Shown here: one piece after another, positions 18,814 to 28,008 of the stretch | How positions within the stretch are numbered: the stretch's first letter is position 1 | Layout: the number at the start of each line of letters is the position of its first letter | Source of the DNA: Polyangiaceae bacterium | GTDB taxonomy: Bacteria > Myxococcota_A > Polyangia > Polyangiales > Polyangiaceae | Assembly: GCA_044222475.1 (NCBI GenBank) | Contig: JBGANF010000043.1 | Location: 1-56,266, forward strand | Length of the DNA stretch: 56,266 bases | Direction: 5' to 3' | Translations under genes and position numbers: made by a program | Notes under the pieces: generated by a model | What the model saw: the letters and a program-made list of their open reading frames with translations, nothing else | Told to the model about the DNA's origin: nothing | Database searches by the model: none

Positions 18814-20295
18814 ATGAGGATCGACGCTGCCGCGCTCGTAGCCGACCAGTTCCGCTTCGAAGACGAGGCCGCGGGCGGAAAGAAGGATCACGTCGCGCTC
18901 GGTCGCTCCGGTGGCGTGACCGGGTTCTACGAGCTCGGGGCGGCTCACGTCGTCGACGCGCAGGCCGTCGTGCTCGACGTGACGAGCGCGCTGTGGCACA
19001 TCGAGGGCGGCCACGCGGCGGCGACGAAGCCGTCGCGGTTGGACGGCGTGATCTTGCGCCTCGACGTCCCAGTGGACGACGCGGCGACCACGATGCACCT
19101 CGAGGTCTCGAGCGGAACGCTCGGGGGGATCGCGTACGTCGATGGGGACCTCACCGTGGAGGGCGCGGGGACCGCCACCGGCGCCGTCGTCGATCTCCTC
19201 GCCGACGGTACCCTGTCGGTCGCCGTCGCGAAGCTCGTCCTCCACGACGTTCGAGTGATCAGCGGCACGACGACGGTCGCGATCGCCAAGGCGACCCTCG
19301 AAGATCTCCGCGTAGTGAGCCGGGGCGACTCGCTCGACGTGAGGGCCGCTCGCGCCGATCTCGTCGGCATCACGACGAGCCTCGAAGGCACGCCGCTCGA
19401 GGTCGGCCAGGCGGTGGCCGAGGCAGCGTCGTACCAAGATGGGCACATCCGAGTCGGGCAAACGACGGTCACCAGCCTCACCGTGGACCACGCGTTCCCT
19501 GCCGCGTCGCCGTCGACCGCGCCGCCCGAGCCCCTCCCCGACGTCGCAGCGCTCGACGCGATCGAGGGCGTCGTTTCCATCGACGTGAAGGTCACCGCCG
19601 ACGTGCCGGTTCTTCCCGACCACACGATCGCGCAGACGTTTCGGATTCCGATCGAGAACGGCGCGATCAGCTACGCGGCGCTGGAGCATGGGCTCCCGGT
19701 GCTCGGGGACGCGATCGTGGACTTCGAGGTCCAGGGGGACGAGCTCCTCTTCGAGCTCGACGTCGTGCCGATCGTCAAGCTCGACAACGTGACGCTCGTG
19801 TCCTGGTCGCTCGCCGATCCGCTCGATCGCGACCTCGCGAAGCAGAAGCGCGTTCGCCTGCGTCGCCTCGTGCAGTTCCGCACGCCGTCGGCCCCGTCAG
19901 GAGCACTTCCCTCGTCGAGCTCGAAGAAGAAGGCGTTTCGCCTGCTCGGGATCGATCTCGGCTCGATCGACGTCGCGTTGTCGATGCCCCGACCGAGCGT
20001 CATCCCCATCGGGGATGGCCGCGTCGAGCTCACCAAGGTCGACGCCGTGAAGGTGACCGGCGCACTCCACGTCGCGGTCGAAGGCGCTCCGGCGCGCGGC
20101 CAACTCGACGCCACCGTCGGCGGCGTCCAGGCGACCCTCGTCGACGTCGCGGTCGGCCCGTTGAAGAACCTCCGCGCAGCCACGATCGCTTCGTTCGAGC
20201 CGATTCGAGTCGCGTTCGACGATCTCTCGCCGACCAACGCGCGGGGCACGATACGCGAGGCCCGGATCCAAGGCCTCTCGGTCGACCTCGCCTGA
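18814..20295 (+). CDS. Hypothetical beta-strand-rich protein
   Basis: 493-aa ORF with genome-typical codon usage and a Val/Leu/Asp-rich beta pattern. No family recognised. Confidence 0.7.
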   Translation: MRIDAAALVADQFRFEDEAAGGKKDHVALGRSGGVTGFYELGAAHVVDAQAVVLDVTSALWHIEGGHAAATKPSRLDGVILRLDVPVDDAATTMHLEVSSGTLGGIAYVDGDLTVEGAGTATGAVVDLLADGTLSVAVAKLVLHDVRVISGTTTVAIAKATLEDLRVVSRGDSLDVRAARADLVGITTSLEGTPLEVGQAVAEAASYQDGHIRVGQTTVTSLTVDHAFPAASPSTAPPEPLPDVAALDAIEGVVSIDVKVTADVPVLPDHTIAQTFRIPIENGAISYAALEHGLPVLGDAIVDFEVQGDELLFELDVVPIVKLDNVTLVSWSLADPLDRDLAKQKRVRLRRLVQFRTPSAPSGALPSSSSKKKAFRLLGIDLGSIDVALSMPRPSVIPIGDGRVELTKVDAVKVTGALHVAVEGAPARGQLDATVGGVQATLVDVAVGPLKNLRAATIASFEPIRVAFDDLSPTNARGTIREARIQGLSVDLA

Positions 20296-21321
20296 TCAGG
20301 GGAAGACGAACGGCGGAGTGACGTCGATCAGCGCCGTCACCCACGCCGGGCAGCGATCGTTCTTCTTGCAGCGCTTGTCGGCGGCAGCGTGCAGCTCCTC
20401 CGCCGTGGCACCCCAGAGACGCGCGCAGACGATGGCGCTCGCGAGCGCGTCGTCGAAGAACGCGGTGTCGAAGTCGATCGGCGAGCGCGGGCCACACTGG
20501 GCCTTCGTGAAGTCCATCGCGGCCGGCGAGTGGATGTCGAACGTGCCGTTCGCGAGCGATTGCCAGACGAAGATGTGAGGCGCGATCGGGTAGGACTCGC
20601 CCGACTCCGACTCGGCGAGGATCTTCGCGTACGGGCCGCGCGACGCGAGATCCGGGCGCCGATCGCCGTCGAGCTGGGTCGTGCCGTCGAACTCGATGCC
20701 CGCCGTGGGGGCGTAGGCGACGACGGCGCCGTTCTTGAAGGTCCACACCTCGTGGAAGTCGGGATCGTACCCTTCGTCGTCGGCTGCGCCGAAGAGGATC
20801 ACCTCGTCGTCGCCGTCGCCGTCGTAGTCGAAGAACTGCGGCTCTTCGAGGTGCACCGACCCCGGCCCTTGGAGGACGCTCGCGTTGACCTTCACGTCGC
20901 CGCCAGCGACGTGCCAGATCGTCGCGAGCGACGAGCCAGGTGCCGACACCGTCGGGCTACCGTCCTTCCCGAAGTGGGTCAGCGAGACGACCAGCCCGAT
21001 GTCGCCGCACGGGTCTCCGGCTACGGGCCTCCGCACCGCGCGCTCGATGCTCATCGCCCATCGGCCGCTCGGGCTGCACCCCAGGAACGCGAGATCCTCG
21101 TCGGCGAGCTTGGGACAGCCTTCGATCTGGTTGGCCCGCAGCGCTTCGTCGCTCGCGAGCAGCGTGCGGCCGCAGCTCGTGAACGAGCCGGTGCTCGCGG
21201 GCGGTGCGTGGAAGTCCGTCGCCGGTGCGTGACGACGGTGCTCTCGGACGGCGAAGCCGACGACGAGCGCGCCCACGGCGGCGAGCCCCAGAACGAACGC
21301 GGCGCGTTCTTCGCGTTCCAT
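20296..21321 (-). CDS. Membrane-anchored hypothetical protein with FG-GAP/VCBS-like motifs
   Basis: N-terminal TM; DYDGDGDDEV and QLDGDRRPDL Ca-binding-like motifs; paired Cys residues. Confidence 0.7.
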   Translation of the reverse strand: MEREERAAFVLGLAAVGALVVGFAVREHRRHAPATDFHAPPASTGSFTSCGRTLLASDEALRANQIEGCPKLADEDLAFLGCSPSGRWAMSIERAVRRPVAGDPCGDIGLVVSLTHFGKDGSPTVSAPGSSLATIWHVAGGDVKVNASVLQGPGSVHLEEPQFFDYDGDGDDEVILFGAADDEGYDPDFHEVWTFKNGAVVAYAPTAGIEFDGTTQLDGDRRPDLASRGPYAKILAESESGESYPIAPHIFVWQSLANGTFDIHSPAAMDFTKAQCGPRSPIDFDTAFFDDALASAIVCARLWGATAEELHAAADKRCKKNDRCPAWVTALIDVTPPFVFP

Positions 21322-21665
21322 CAGCGGCCCATGACCCGCGCGAGCCCGAGCGCGTGACGGACGTCGTCCTCCGAAATCCCGGCGGCGGCGGCGATCTCCG
21401 CGGCCCTCGGCGTACGTCCCAATTTGGTACGAAGATCGCGAGCGGTGGCAAGAACGGTCGCGAGCTTCGATTCGCCGTCGCCGCCGTCCGGCGCGACGAT
21501 CCTGCGCCCGGCCGCTTCGAGCCGACCGAGCACGCGGTCGACGTCGTCGGCGCTGGCCGCAGCGAGGCCGAGCGCTTCGCCGACGCGATCGAGGTGGACC
21601 TCGCGTGTGTCTTCGCTCTCGCCGAGGAGCGTGGCGATCACGGCGTCGAGCTCCTCCGGCTTCAT
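21321..21665 (-). CDS. Small sigma-70 fragment protein (region 1.1-like plus region 3-like only)
   Basis: VHLDRVGEAL...SADDVDRVLGRLEAAGRRIV (region 1.1-like) and LRTKLGRTPRAAEIAAAAGISEDDVRHAL (region 3-like). Start at ATG 21665. Confidence 0.65.
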   Translation of the reverse strand: MKPEELDAVIATLLGESEDTREVHLDRVGEALGLAAASADDVDRVLGRLEAAGRRIVAPDGGDGESKLATVLATARDLRTKLGRTPRAAEIAAAAGISEDDVRHALGLARVMGR

Positions 21666-21669
21666 CCCG

Positions 21670-23640
21670 TCACTTCTCTCCCATCTTCGACAGCTTCTGC
21701 GCCGCGTCGCGCTGAGCCGCCTCGATCGCCGCGTCGACGCGGAGGATCTCCGCCTCGGCCGCGTTGACTTTGTTCTGCTCCGCCTCGAGCTCCTGCACGT
21801 AGCGAAGACGCAGCGAGCCCTCGGCACCGCCGTCGCGAAGGACGGCGAGCTGCTCGGAGATCTTCTGCTGCTTTTGGTAGGCGCCGCTGCGCGATGCATC
21901 GGCGCGCCGCTTGGACTCGTTCAGCTCGGCGATCTGCTGAAAGATGGTCGTGACGGAGCGGAGCGTCTCGGCCCCGCGCTCGTCGAGGAGTCCCGCCGTG
22001 ACGTACTTGCCGATGTCGTCGGCGCCGAGCGTCGCGACGTTCATCGTCACGCTCTCGAGCCAACGCTCCACGAGCTTCACCTTGTTCCGCCCGCGCGGCG
22101 GCGCGGTGATCTTGAAGCGCAGGTAGCTGAGCGTCTCCTCGAACGGTTGGGGAGAATCCTCCGGGATCGTCCGCCCGGCCACCTTGGGCATCTCGAAGAT
22201 GACCTCGACCTCTTCGGCGTGATCGTTCTCGACCGTGACCTCGTGGTGGATCTCGCTCCGCATCTCTTGGAAGAGGCCGCCGCGCCGCGCGTAGATCTTG
22301 ATCCCGCTCCGTACGTGGCGGGTCGTCTCCTTGCAGCGGACCGCGAGATCCTTGGCGAAGCCGAGGAGCATCTTCGCCCCGCGCGCCGAGTAGGGGACCA
22401 TCGCTTCGCCGGCGTAGACGCCGTCGTCGTAGACGACGGCCGGGCCCTCTTCGAGCACCGCGTCGCTCGCGTTCTCGAAGGCGAGCACGAGATCGGGAGC
22501 GGTGCCGGTGCCTGCGCGCCAGATGCGCTCTTTGCGAGCCGGGATGCGCGCCATCAGGAGCGGGACCATGGCGGAGCCGCCGCGCTTCAGCGCGATCTTG
22601 CCTTGCACGCGATACTCGAAGAGCTCGCCGCGATCGGCGAACGTCGACGCATCGGCCATGCCGTCGAACGCGCTTCCGCCGAAGGTGGTCGTGGGGGCGT
22701 CGTCGAGGGACTCGGCCAGCGCTTGGAATCCCGCGCCGTAGCCCCCTCCGGCCACGGCCGACGCTCGCGCGGCGGCGGGTGCCGGAGCGGACCGCGCCTG
22801 GGGCGGCGGCGGCGGCGCGCCCGGTGCGCGCTCGAAGCGCGTCGGCGCGGCGCCCCCTCGGGTCTCTTCCTCGACGACGGCGCGCCGCACGGAGCGCGGG
22901 TTGTAGAGATCGATCACGAAGCTCACCGGTTGGCCGGTGGTGAGGACGAGATCGATCGCCTCGAGATCTTCGTCGGCTGGGTTGTGGACGATGCCCCACG
23001 CCATGAGGAGCGCGACGTCTCCCTCGCGGGCGACGCGGTACGAGACGCGCCACGTCGGCGCGGGGATCACGTACGAGACGCGCAGATCTTCGGCTTCGCC
23101 CTGCACGTCGACGCGAACGCTGCGGCTGTCCCCGGCGGTGGCGGCGCGCGAGCGATCGGCGAGGAACGCGAGGTCCGCGCGGGAGCTCGCATCGAGCGGC
23201 TCGACGCGCTGCACTTGGTTCACGTCGACGGTGACGAGCGCGTCGCCTTCGCCTCGAAGGACCAGCATGCGCCGCTCGTCGCCCTCGCGACCGGGCGAGT
23301 TCTCGAGCCCGACGACCTCACCGGAGTGAACCTGACCGCCGGAGTGCACCACGACGCGCCGCCCGCGGAGGCGCCACAGGAGCCCGCTGAGGACGCTGCC
23401 CGGGAGGATGTCGAGCTTGCGCGCGGCGAGCGCTTCTTCGGGGTCTTCGGGCTTCTCGAACGCGAGCGCGCCGATCTTCGCGGTGCCCTTGGCGACCCAC
23501 ACCGAGAGCGACTTCAACACGTCGTTCATCTCGTCCTTCTTGAACGAGAGCTCGAACGGGGCCGACGCCGGGCCGCTCCGCTCGAGGTAGGCGACGCCGT
23601 GCTTGAAGAGGACCATCGTCCGGACGCGAGGAAGGCTCAT
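21670..23640 (-). CDS. DUF4139-like protein with C-terminal coiled coil
   Basis: VLFKHGVAYLER, MNDVLKSL, SYVIPAPTWRVSYR, WGIVHN and GELFEY motifs; no signal peptide. Confidence 0.75.
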   Translation of the reverse strand: MSLPRVRTMVLFKHGVAYLERSGPASAPFELSFKKDEMNDVLKSLSVWVAKGTAKIGALAFEKPEDPEEALAARKLDILPGSVLSGLLWRLRGRRVVVHSGGQVHSGEVVGLENSPGREGDERRMLVLRGEGDALVTVDVNQVQRVEPLDASSRADLAFLADRSRAATAGDSRSVRVDVQGEAEDLRVSYVIPAPTWRVSYRVAREGDVALLMAWGIVHNPADEDLEAIDLVLTTGQPVSFVIDLYNPRSVRRAVVEEETRGGAAPTRFERAPGAPPPPPQARSAPAPAAARASAVAGGGYGAGFQALAESLDDAPTTTFGGSAFDGMADASTFADRGELFEYRVQGKIALKRGGSAMVPLLMARIPARKERIWRAGTGTAPDLVLAFENASDAVLEEGPAVVYDDGVYAGEAMVPYSARGAKMLLGFAKDLAVRCKETTRHVRSGIKIYARRGGLFQEMRSEIHHEVTVENDHAEEVEVIFEMPKVAGRTIPEDSPQPFEETLSYLRFKITAPPRGRNKVKLVERWLESVTMNVATLGADDIGKYVTAGLLDERGAETLRSVTTIFQQIAELNESKRRADASRSGAYQKQQKISEQLAVLRDGGAEGSLRLRYVQELEAEQNKVNAAEAEILRVDAAIEAAQRDAAQKLSKMGEK

Positions 23641-23690
23641 CGAGAGCCGACGATAGCTAGCGATGGGCCTCCGTGAAAGGGCCGGCGGTC

Positions 23691-23752
23691 TCCACGCCTT
23701 CGATCGAGCGTCCCGGGCCGAGCCGATAGATCCGGCGACCCCACGTGACGTG
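23691..23752 (-). repeat. att-like direct repeat, left copy; displaced original 3' end of the glycosyltransferase gene
   Basis: 58/62 nt identical to 29218-29279. Encodes HVTWGRRIYRLGPGRSIEGV and continues to TAG at 23657-23659. Confidence 0.85.
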
Positions 23753-23870
23753 GCGCGGATCTGGGTCGCGTGACGATGATCGCGGCCATCGCGCGGGCGT
23801 TGAAGAAGGAGTGATCGCGTTCCGGTGCCCGAAGGATGAACGCACGCGCGGGATCCACTACCCTGGCGGT

Positions 23871-25037
23871 GTGGGTTCGATCCTGAACACCAAGGTCGAC
23901 TGGGTGGGCATCGCCGAGGCGTCGTATCGCGCCGCCGAGACCGACGAGGCGTGGGCGAACGGCGTCCTCGGCGCCGCTCGTGGCGCGATGCGCACGGAGA
24001 TGGTCTCCCTGATGAGCGCCGAATTCCCCGAGGGCGGCGAGCCGGCGCTTCGCTTCTACGTGGGCGAAGACAGTCGAGCGATGGCGGTGGGGGCCCTGGA
24101 GGCAGCTTTGAAGGCCGACCCTGCCGCCGTCGACGACGTCTTCTTTCCGCCGAGCATCCTCAACACGCACTCCCGCCTCGAGCGAGGCATGTCGCCACGC
24201 TCGCGAGGTCTGCTGGCGGCCTACCGCCGGCACCTTGGCATCGCGGACGCTCTCGGTGCCGTCGTCAGCGCAGCGCCCCGCGAGTCGACGGTGATCTTCG
24301 CAGGGAGCAAAGCGCGGATCTCGCTCGAGCGCCCGGAGGCGAACCTGCTCACGCGGGTAGCGCTCCACGTCGAGGCGGGGCTCCGGGCGCGGCGCCGTCC
24401 GGAGTCGATTCTTGCCGTGCTCGATCCGAGCGGGACGATCGTCCACGTCGAGCGCGGCGCTCCGGCGCGCGAGGCCATGGTCGAACAGACGCGTCGAATC
24501 GAGAGAGCCCGCACGCGCCGCGCCCGGCGAACACCCGAGGCGCTCGAGCTCTGGACCGCGCTCGTCGACGGTCACGCGAGCCTCGTCGAGCGCTTCGACG
24601 GCGGAAAGCGCCACTACCTCGTGCTCGAGAACCGGCCGGAGCGGCGACCGATGCGCGCGCTGACGCGAAGCGAGCTCTCCGTCGTGTCGGACGCGGCGCG
24701 AGGGCTGTCCGGAAAGCTCATCGCCTACGGTCACGGGATTTCGGCGTCGCGCGTCTCGTCCCACTTGGCGCGCGCGACCGCGAAGCTGGGCCTCGCGAGC
24801 CGCGCAGAGCTCGTGCGGCTCGCGGCGCTCCTCTGTCACCCGACCCGCCCGGAGCTCTCGAAGGAGGCGCTCACCCGAGCAGAGCGAGAGGTGCTCGCGC
24901 TCTTGGTCGACGGGCTGTCGAACGCGGAGATCGCGAGGCGACGGAATCGGTCGGTGCGGACGATCGCCAACCAGGTCGCGCGCTTGCTCGACAAGAGCGG
25001 CTCGCCGACGCGGCGCGCGCTCGTCGCGCGCGGTTGA
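23871..25037 (+). CDS. Transcription regulator with two tandem LuxR-type HTH domains
   Basis: LTRSELSVV...GLSGKLIAY...KLG and LTRAEREVLALLVDGLSNAEIARRRNRSVRTIANQV. GTG start at 23871 chosen by alignment to the paralog at 29089. Confidence 0.85.
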   Translation: MGSILNTKVDWVGIAEASYRAAETDEAWANGVLGAARGAMRTEMVSLMSAEFPEGGEPALRFYVGEDSRAMAVGALEAALKADPAAVDDVFFPPSILNTHSRLERGMSPRSRGLLAAYRRHLGIADALGAVVSAAPRESTVIFAGSKARISLERPEANLLTRVALHVEAGLRARRRPESILAVLDPSGTIVHVERGAPAREAMVEQTRRIERARTRRARRTPEALELWTALVDGHASLVERFDGGKRHYLVLENRPERRPMRALTRSELSVVSDAARGLSGKLIAYGHGISASRVSSHLARATAKLGLASRAELVRLAALLCHPTRPELSKEALTRAEREVLALLVDGLSNAEIARRRNRSVRTIANQVARLLDKSGSPTRRALVARG

Positions 25038-25095
25038 TGCCGGGGCGAAACTATTGACCATGGTCGACCACCGCGCACGGCAGTAGCGTCTCGAT

Positions 25096-26601
25096 GTGCG
25101 ATTCCCTTCACTTCCCACATTCACCGTTGCTCCGGTCGTCGCCGCTATCGTGATCGTCGGATGCGTGGGCGACTCGGCCAACACGCCGACGCCGGATGCG
25201 AGCGCACCCCTCGACGGCAGTACGTCGGACGTCGTCTCGACCCCCGACGCTGACGCCGACGCACCGCTCGTATGCGACGCCGGCACGGCGTGCAGCGGCG
25301 TGTGCGTCGACACGACGACGAGCGACGACAACTGCGGCGGCTGCGGCCAGAAGTGCAACGGAGCCAAGTGCTTCGACTCGGTATGCAACGGGAAGGCAAT
25401 CGTCGCTGCGTCGGCCAGCTTCGGTTGCGTCCTGCGCAAGGCCGGCCAAGTCCTCTGCTTCGGTCGCGGTGAGGTCGGTCAGCTGGGCGCGGACCCATCG
25501 CTGCTCACCAAGCGCACGGCATTCGGGGAGAGCAACGTCCCCTCGCGGGAGACACCGACCGAGGTCGCCGGCATCGACGACGCCATCGGCATCGCGACGG
25601 GCTACCGTCACGCCTGCGCCATCCGCGCGGACAAGACCGTCGTCTGTTGGGGTGCGAACGACGGTGGCCAGCTAGGCCACGCCTCGGCCGCCGATCCCAC
25701 GTGTGGAGGCGTGCCCTGCAAGTTCGCGCCGTCGGCCGTCGCGGGGCTGGCGGACGTCAAGGCACTCGCGCTCGGCTACTCGCACTCGTGTGCGCTCACG
25801 ACGCAAGGTGCGGTCAAGTGCTGGGGGCACAACGGCTTCGGTCAGATTGGAAACGGAACCGTCGGCGGTCTGGACTTTGGCCCGACCCAAGCGACGAACC
25901 TCACCGCTGGCGTCGTCGCGATTACGTCGGGCCCGTACCACACTGCCTGCGCCTTGCTCGGAGGAAAGGTCTACTGCTGGGGGGCGAACTTCGGGGAAGG
26001 TGCGCTCGGCCACGATCCCTCGACCGATCCGCTCGGCCCGGGCTCGATTCGCGTGAACGGCACTCCGACCGCCATCGCGCTCGACAACAACAACGCCGCG
26101 TTCACTGGCGTGACGTCGATCTCGCTCAGCCAACGTGGCGGGTGTGGCGTTCGGTCCGGAGCAGTGTGGTGTTGGGGGTGGTCCCTCGCCGGGCGCAAGG
26201 GCATCAACGCCGCCGACGACTACCGTCCGAGCTTCGTCGTCAACTCGCCGAACAACGCCGACGCGGTGGTCGAGGGGGTGGTGAACGTCTACGCGCGCGA
26301 CACGGGCGGAGCCCTTTGGTCGTGGGGGCAGGCCGACATCGGGACGAACGGCGTCAATGGCTTGTCCGGCACGACCTCGTGTGCAGGACTTCCTTGCTCC
26401 GGTCCGACGATCATCCCGAGCCTCTCCGTCCAGCAGGTCTCGTGCGGACTGAACGCGCTCGCGCTGACGGCGAGCGGCAAGGTCGTGGCGTGGGGTGCGA
26501 ACGGCTTCGGCTCGCTCGGTCACGCGCCCAACACCAGCGGCGACGTCGCGTGCGGCACCGGGTTCTGCGGAATCACGCCCGTGGAAGTGACCGGTCTCTG
26601 A
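25096..26601 (+). CDS. RCC1-repeat (beta-propeller) lipoprotein with Cys-rich linker domain
   Basis: IVGC lipobox; CVDTTTSDDNCGGCG motif; repeated HACAI...VVCWGANDGGQLG and CWGHNGFGQIG. Confidence 0.85.
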   Translation: MRFPSLPTFTVAPVVAAIVIVGCVGDSANTPTPDASAPLDGSTSDVVSTPDADADAPLVCDAGTACSGVCVDTTTSDDNCGGCGQKCNGAKCFDSVCNGKAIVAASASFGCVLRKAGQVLCFGRGEVGQLGADPSLLTKRTAFGESNVPSRETPTEVAGIDDAIGIATGYRHACAIRADKTVVCWGANDGGQLGHASAADPTCGGVPCKFAPSAVAGLADVKALALGYSHSCALTTQGAVKCWGHNGFGQIGNGTVGGLDFGPTQATNLTAGVVAITSGPYHTACALLGGKVYCWGANFGEGALGHDPSTDPLGPGSIRVNGTPTAIALDNNNAAFTGVTSISLSQRGGCGVRSGAVWCWGWSLAGRKGINAADDYRPSFVVNSPNNADAVVEGVVNVYARDTGGALWSWGQADIGTNGVNGLSGTTSCAGLPCSGPTIIPSLSVQQVSCGLNALALTASGKVVAWGANGFGSLGHAPNTSGDVACGTGFCGITPVEVTGL

Positions 26602-26602
26602 C

Positions 26603-27022
26603 GTGCGTCTCGCCAAGCGCTGCGGCGCGATGGTCCTTCTGACCTCGACCTGTGTCACGTGGCTACCCGCCCCGCCACCGCCCGCGCCTCGCCGGCCCAG
26701 CTCTCCGTTCGACAGCCGGTCGAGCCCACTGGCCGGTGGAGCCGAGGTCACGATCGACGTCGAGGATGGCGACGCTTCGATTGCGCTCGTCGTCCTCCAG
26801 CGGTCGTCCTCCCTGTGCGCGCACACGCCGTGTCTCACGCGCCTGGGCCCAGGCGCCTTCGACCTCGTGGCGCGGAGCGGCGATCGCTCCTGCAGGGTCA
26901 CCGTCCAACTCCCGCGCAAGCCGTCGATCGTGCAGCTCGCCATGCCCGACGGAACCGGTACGTGTGGTGCCACGGTGTCGAGCCCCCCGGACGAACGAAT
27001 CTACGAAGGAGAGCCCCGTTGA
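26603..27022 (+). CDS. Hypothetical protein
   Basis: Fills the gap between the RCC1 gene and the next lipoprotein (TTGA overlap). LCAHTPC...LGPG motif. Start uncertain. Confidence 0.45.
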   Translation: MRLAKRCGAMVLLTSTCVTWLPAPPPPAPRRPSSPFDSRSSPLAGGAEVTIDVEDGDASIALVVLQRSSSLCAHTPCLTRLGPGAFDLVARSGDRSCRVTVQLPRKPSIVQLAMPDGTGTCGATVSSPPDERIYEGEPR

Positions 27023-27483
27023 GATCACTTCATCCTTCTGTCGTCGTGCTCGTCGTACTCCTCGTGGGGTGCTTCACCGTGCCGTCGGCCCCCGAGCCCT
27101 CGACGTCCGTCGACGCCAACGCGACCTACGAGCCTGGCTACGGAAGCAACGACCACATGCTCGCTCGCTGGACGTGCCCAGTCGCCCCTGCCAAGAACGG
27201 CGAGGGCCTGCCCGCACCCCGCGTGGAGATCGTCCTCGTCAAAGACCCCGAGCGCGGCGTGTTGCTCCACAATCTCACCGACGACTTCGTCATGCCACCC
27301 GCCGAAACCATCCCAGGGGGCGGCACGCGCTACCACTCCGTCACGCTCGTCGAGAAGAACGACTATGTCGTCCCGTCGGATCACGCCGACCCGGTGACGC
27401 GCAAGTGGTCGCTCCTGTTTGGGACCACCCGCTTCGAGTCGACCCAGCAGTGCACGGCCGGCCCACTGCCGAGGTTCCTATGA
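27019..27483 (+). CDS. Lipoprotein, hypothetical
   Basis: TTG start; VVVLVVLLVGC lipobox; ATGA overlap with the next gene. Confidence 0.6.
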   Translation: MRSLHPSVVVLVVLLVGCFTVPSAPEPSTSVDANATYEPGYGSNDHMLARWTCPVAPAKNGEGLPAPRVEIVLVKDPERGVLLHNLTDDFVMPPAETIPGGGTRYHSVTLVEKNDYVVPSDHADPVTRKWSLLFGTTRFESTQQCTAGPLPRFL

Positions 27484-27995
27484 AGTCCGTCCTCCGAGCC
27501 GTCTTCCTCGCGACCCTGGCCGTCGGCTCCGCTGCGTGCGTGCGCTGGGACACGCGCGGCCCCGAGTACGCGCCTGCACCGGAGCCCAAGCCCGGCTTCG
27601 GGCTCGTCTATCTGTATCGACCCAAGAAGCAGTGGGGCGCCGCCCAGACGTTCATCACGGTCGTCGGCGAGCGCGTGGTGACGCTCTACGCGGGCACGTA
27701 CGTCGCGTTGGTCCTCCCCGAGGGTCGGAGCGAGATCCCACACATCGGCTCCGTGGAAGCCAAGCGTGGCACCCCGGCGTACGTGCGCATCGAGTTCGGC
27801 GAGCTCGTCAACTCGTGGAACACCGCCGAAGGCGCGCGATGGAAGACCGGCACGGTCACGCGCGAAGAAGCCGAGTCCGATCTCTCGGAGCTCCGCCTGG
27901 GGCCGGGCGGCCGCGCGCGCTACCCCGACGACGCAGCTCCGGCGACGACTGCTCCGGCGACGGGCCCCGCCGCGCTGGGCGAAGCGCCCCACTGA
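27480..27995 (+). CDS. DUF2846-like lipoprotein
   Basis: MKSVLRAVFLATLAVGSAAC lipobox; GLVYLYRP and LYAGTYV motifs. Confidence 0.65.
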   Translation: MKSVLRAVFLATLAVGSAACVRWDTRGPEYAPAPEPKPGFGLVYLYRPKKQWGAAQTFITVVGERVVTLYAGTYVALVLPEGRSEIPHIGSVEAKRGTPAYVRIEFGELVNSWNTAEGARWKTGTVTREEAESDLSELRLGPGGRARYPDDAAPATTAPATGPAALGEAPH

Positions 27996-28008
27996 GCGCA
28001 TCCGCGAA

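Noticed and set aside
15684..18815. 1043-aa minus-strand ORF, and similar long ORFs such as 5906-8728(+), 21424-23676(+), 36584-38863(-) and 52722-56039(-)
   Set aside because: These are antisense or alternate-frame shadows of real genes. They are Arg/Ala-rich and motif-free, as expected when high GC3 removes stop codons.
23657..23845. 62-aa minus-strand ORF ending HVTWGRRIYRLGPGRSIEGVETAGPFTEAHR
   Set aside because: Not an independent gene. Its C-terminal half is the displaced 3' end of the glycosyltransferase (att repeat).
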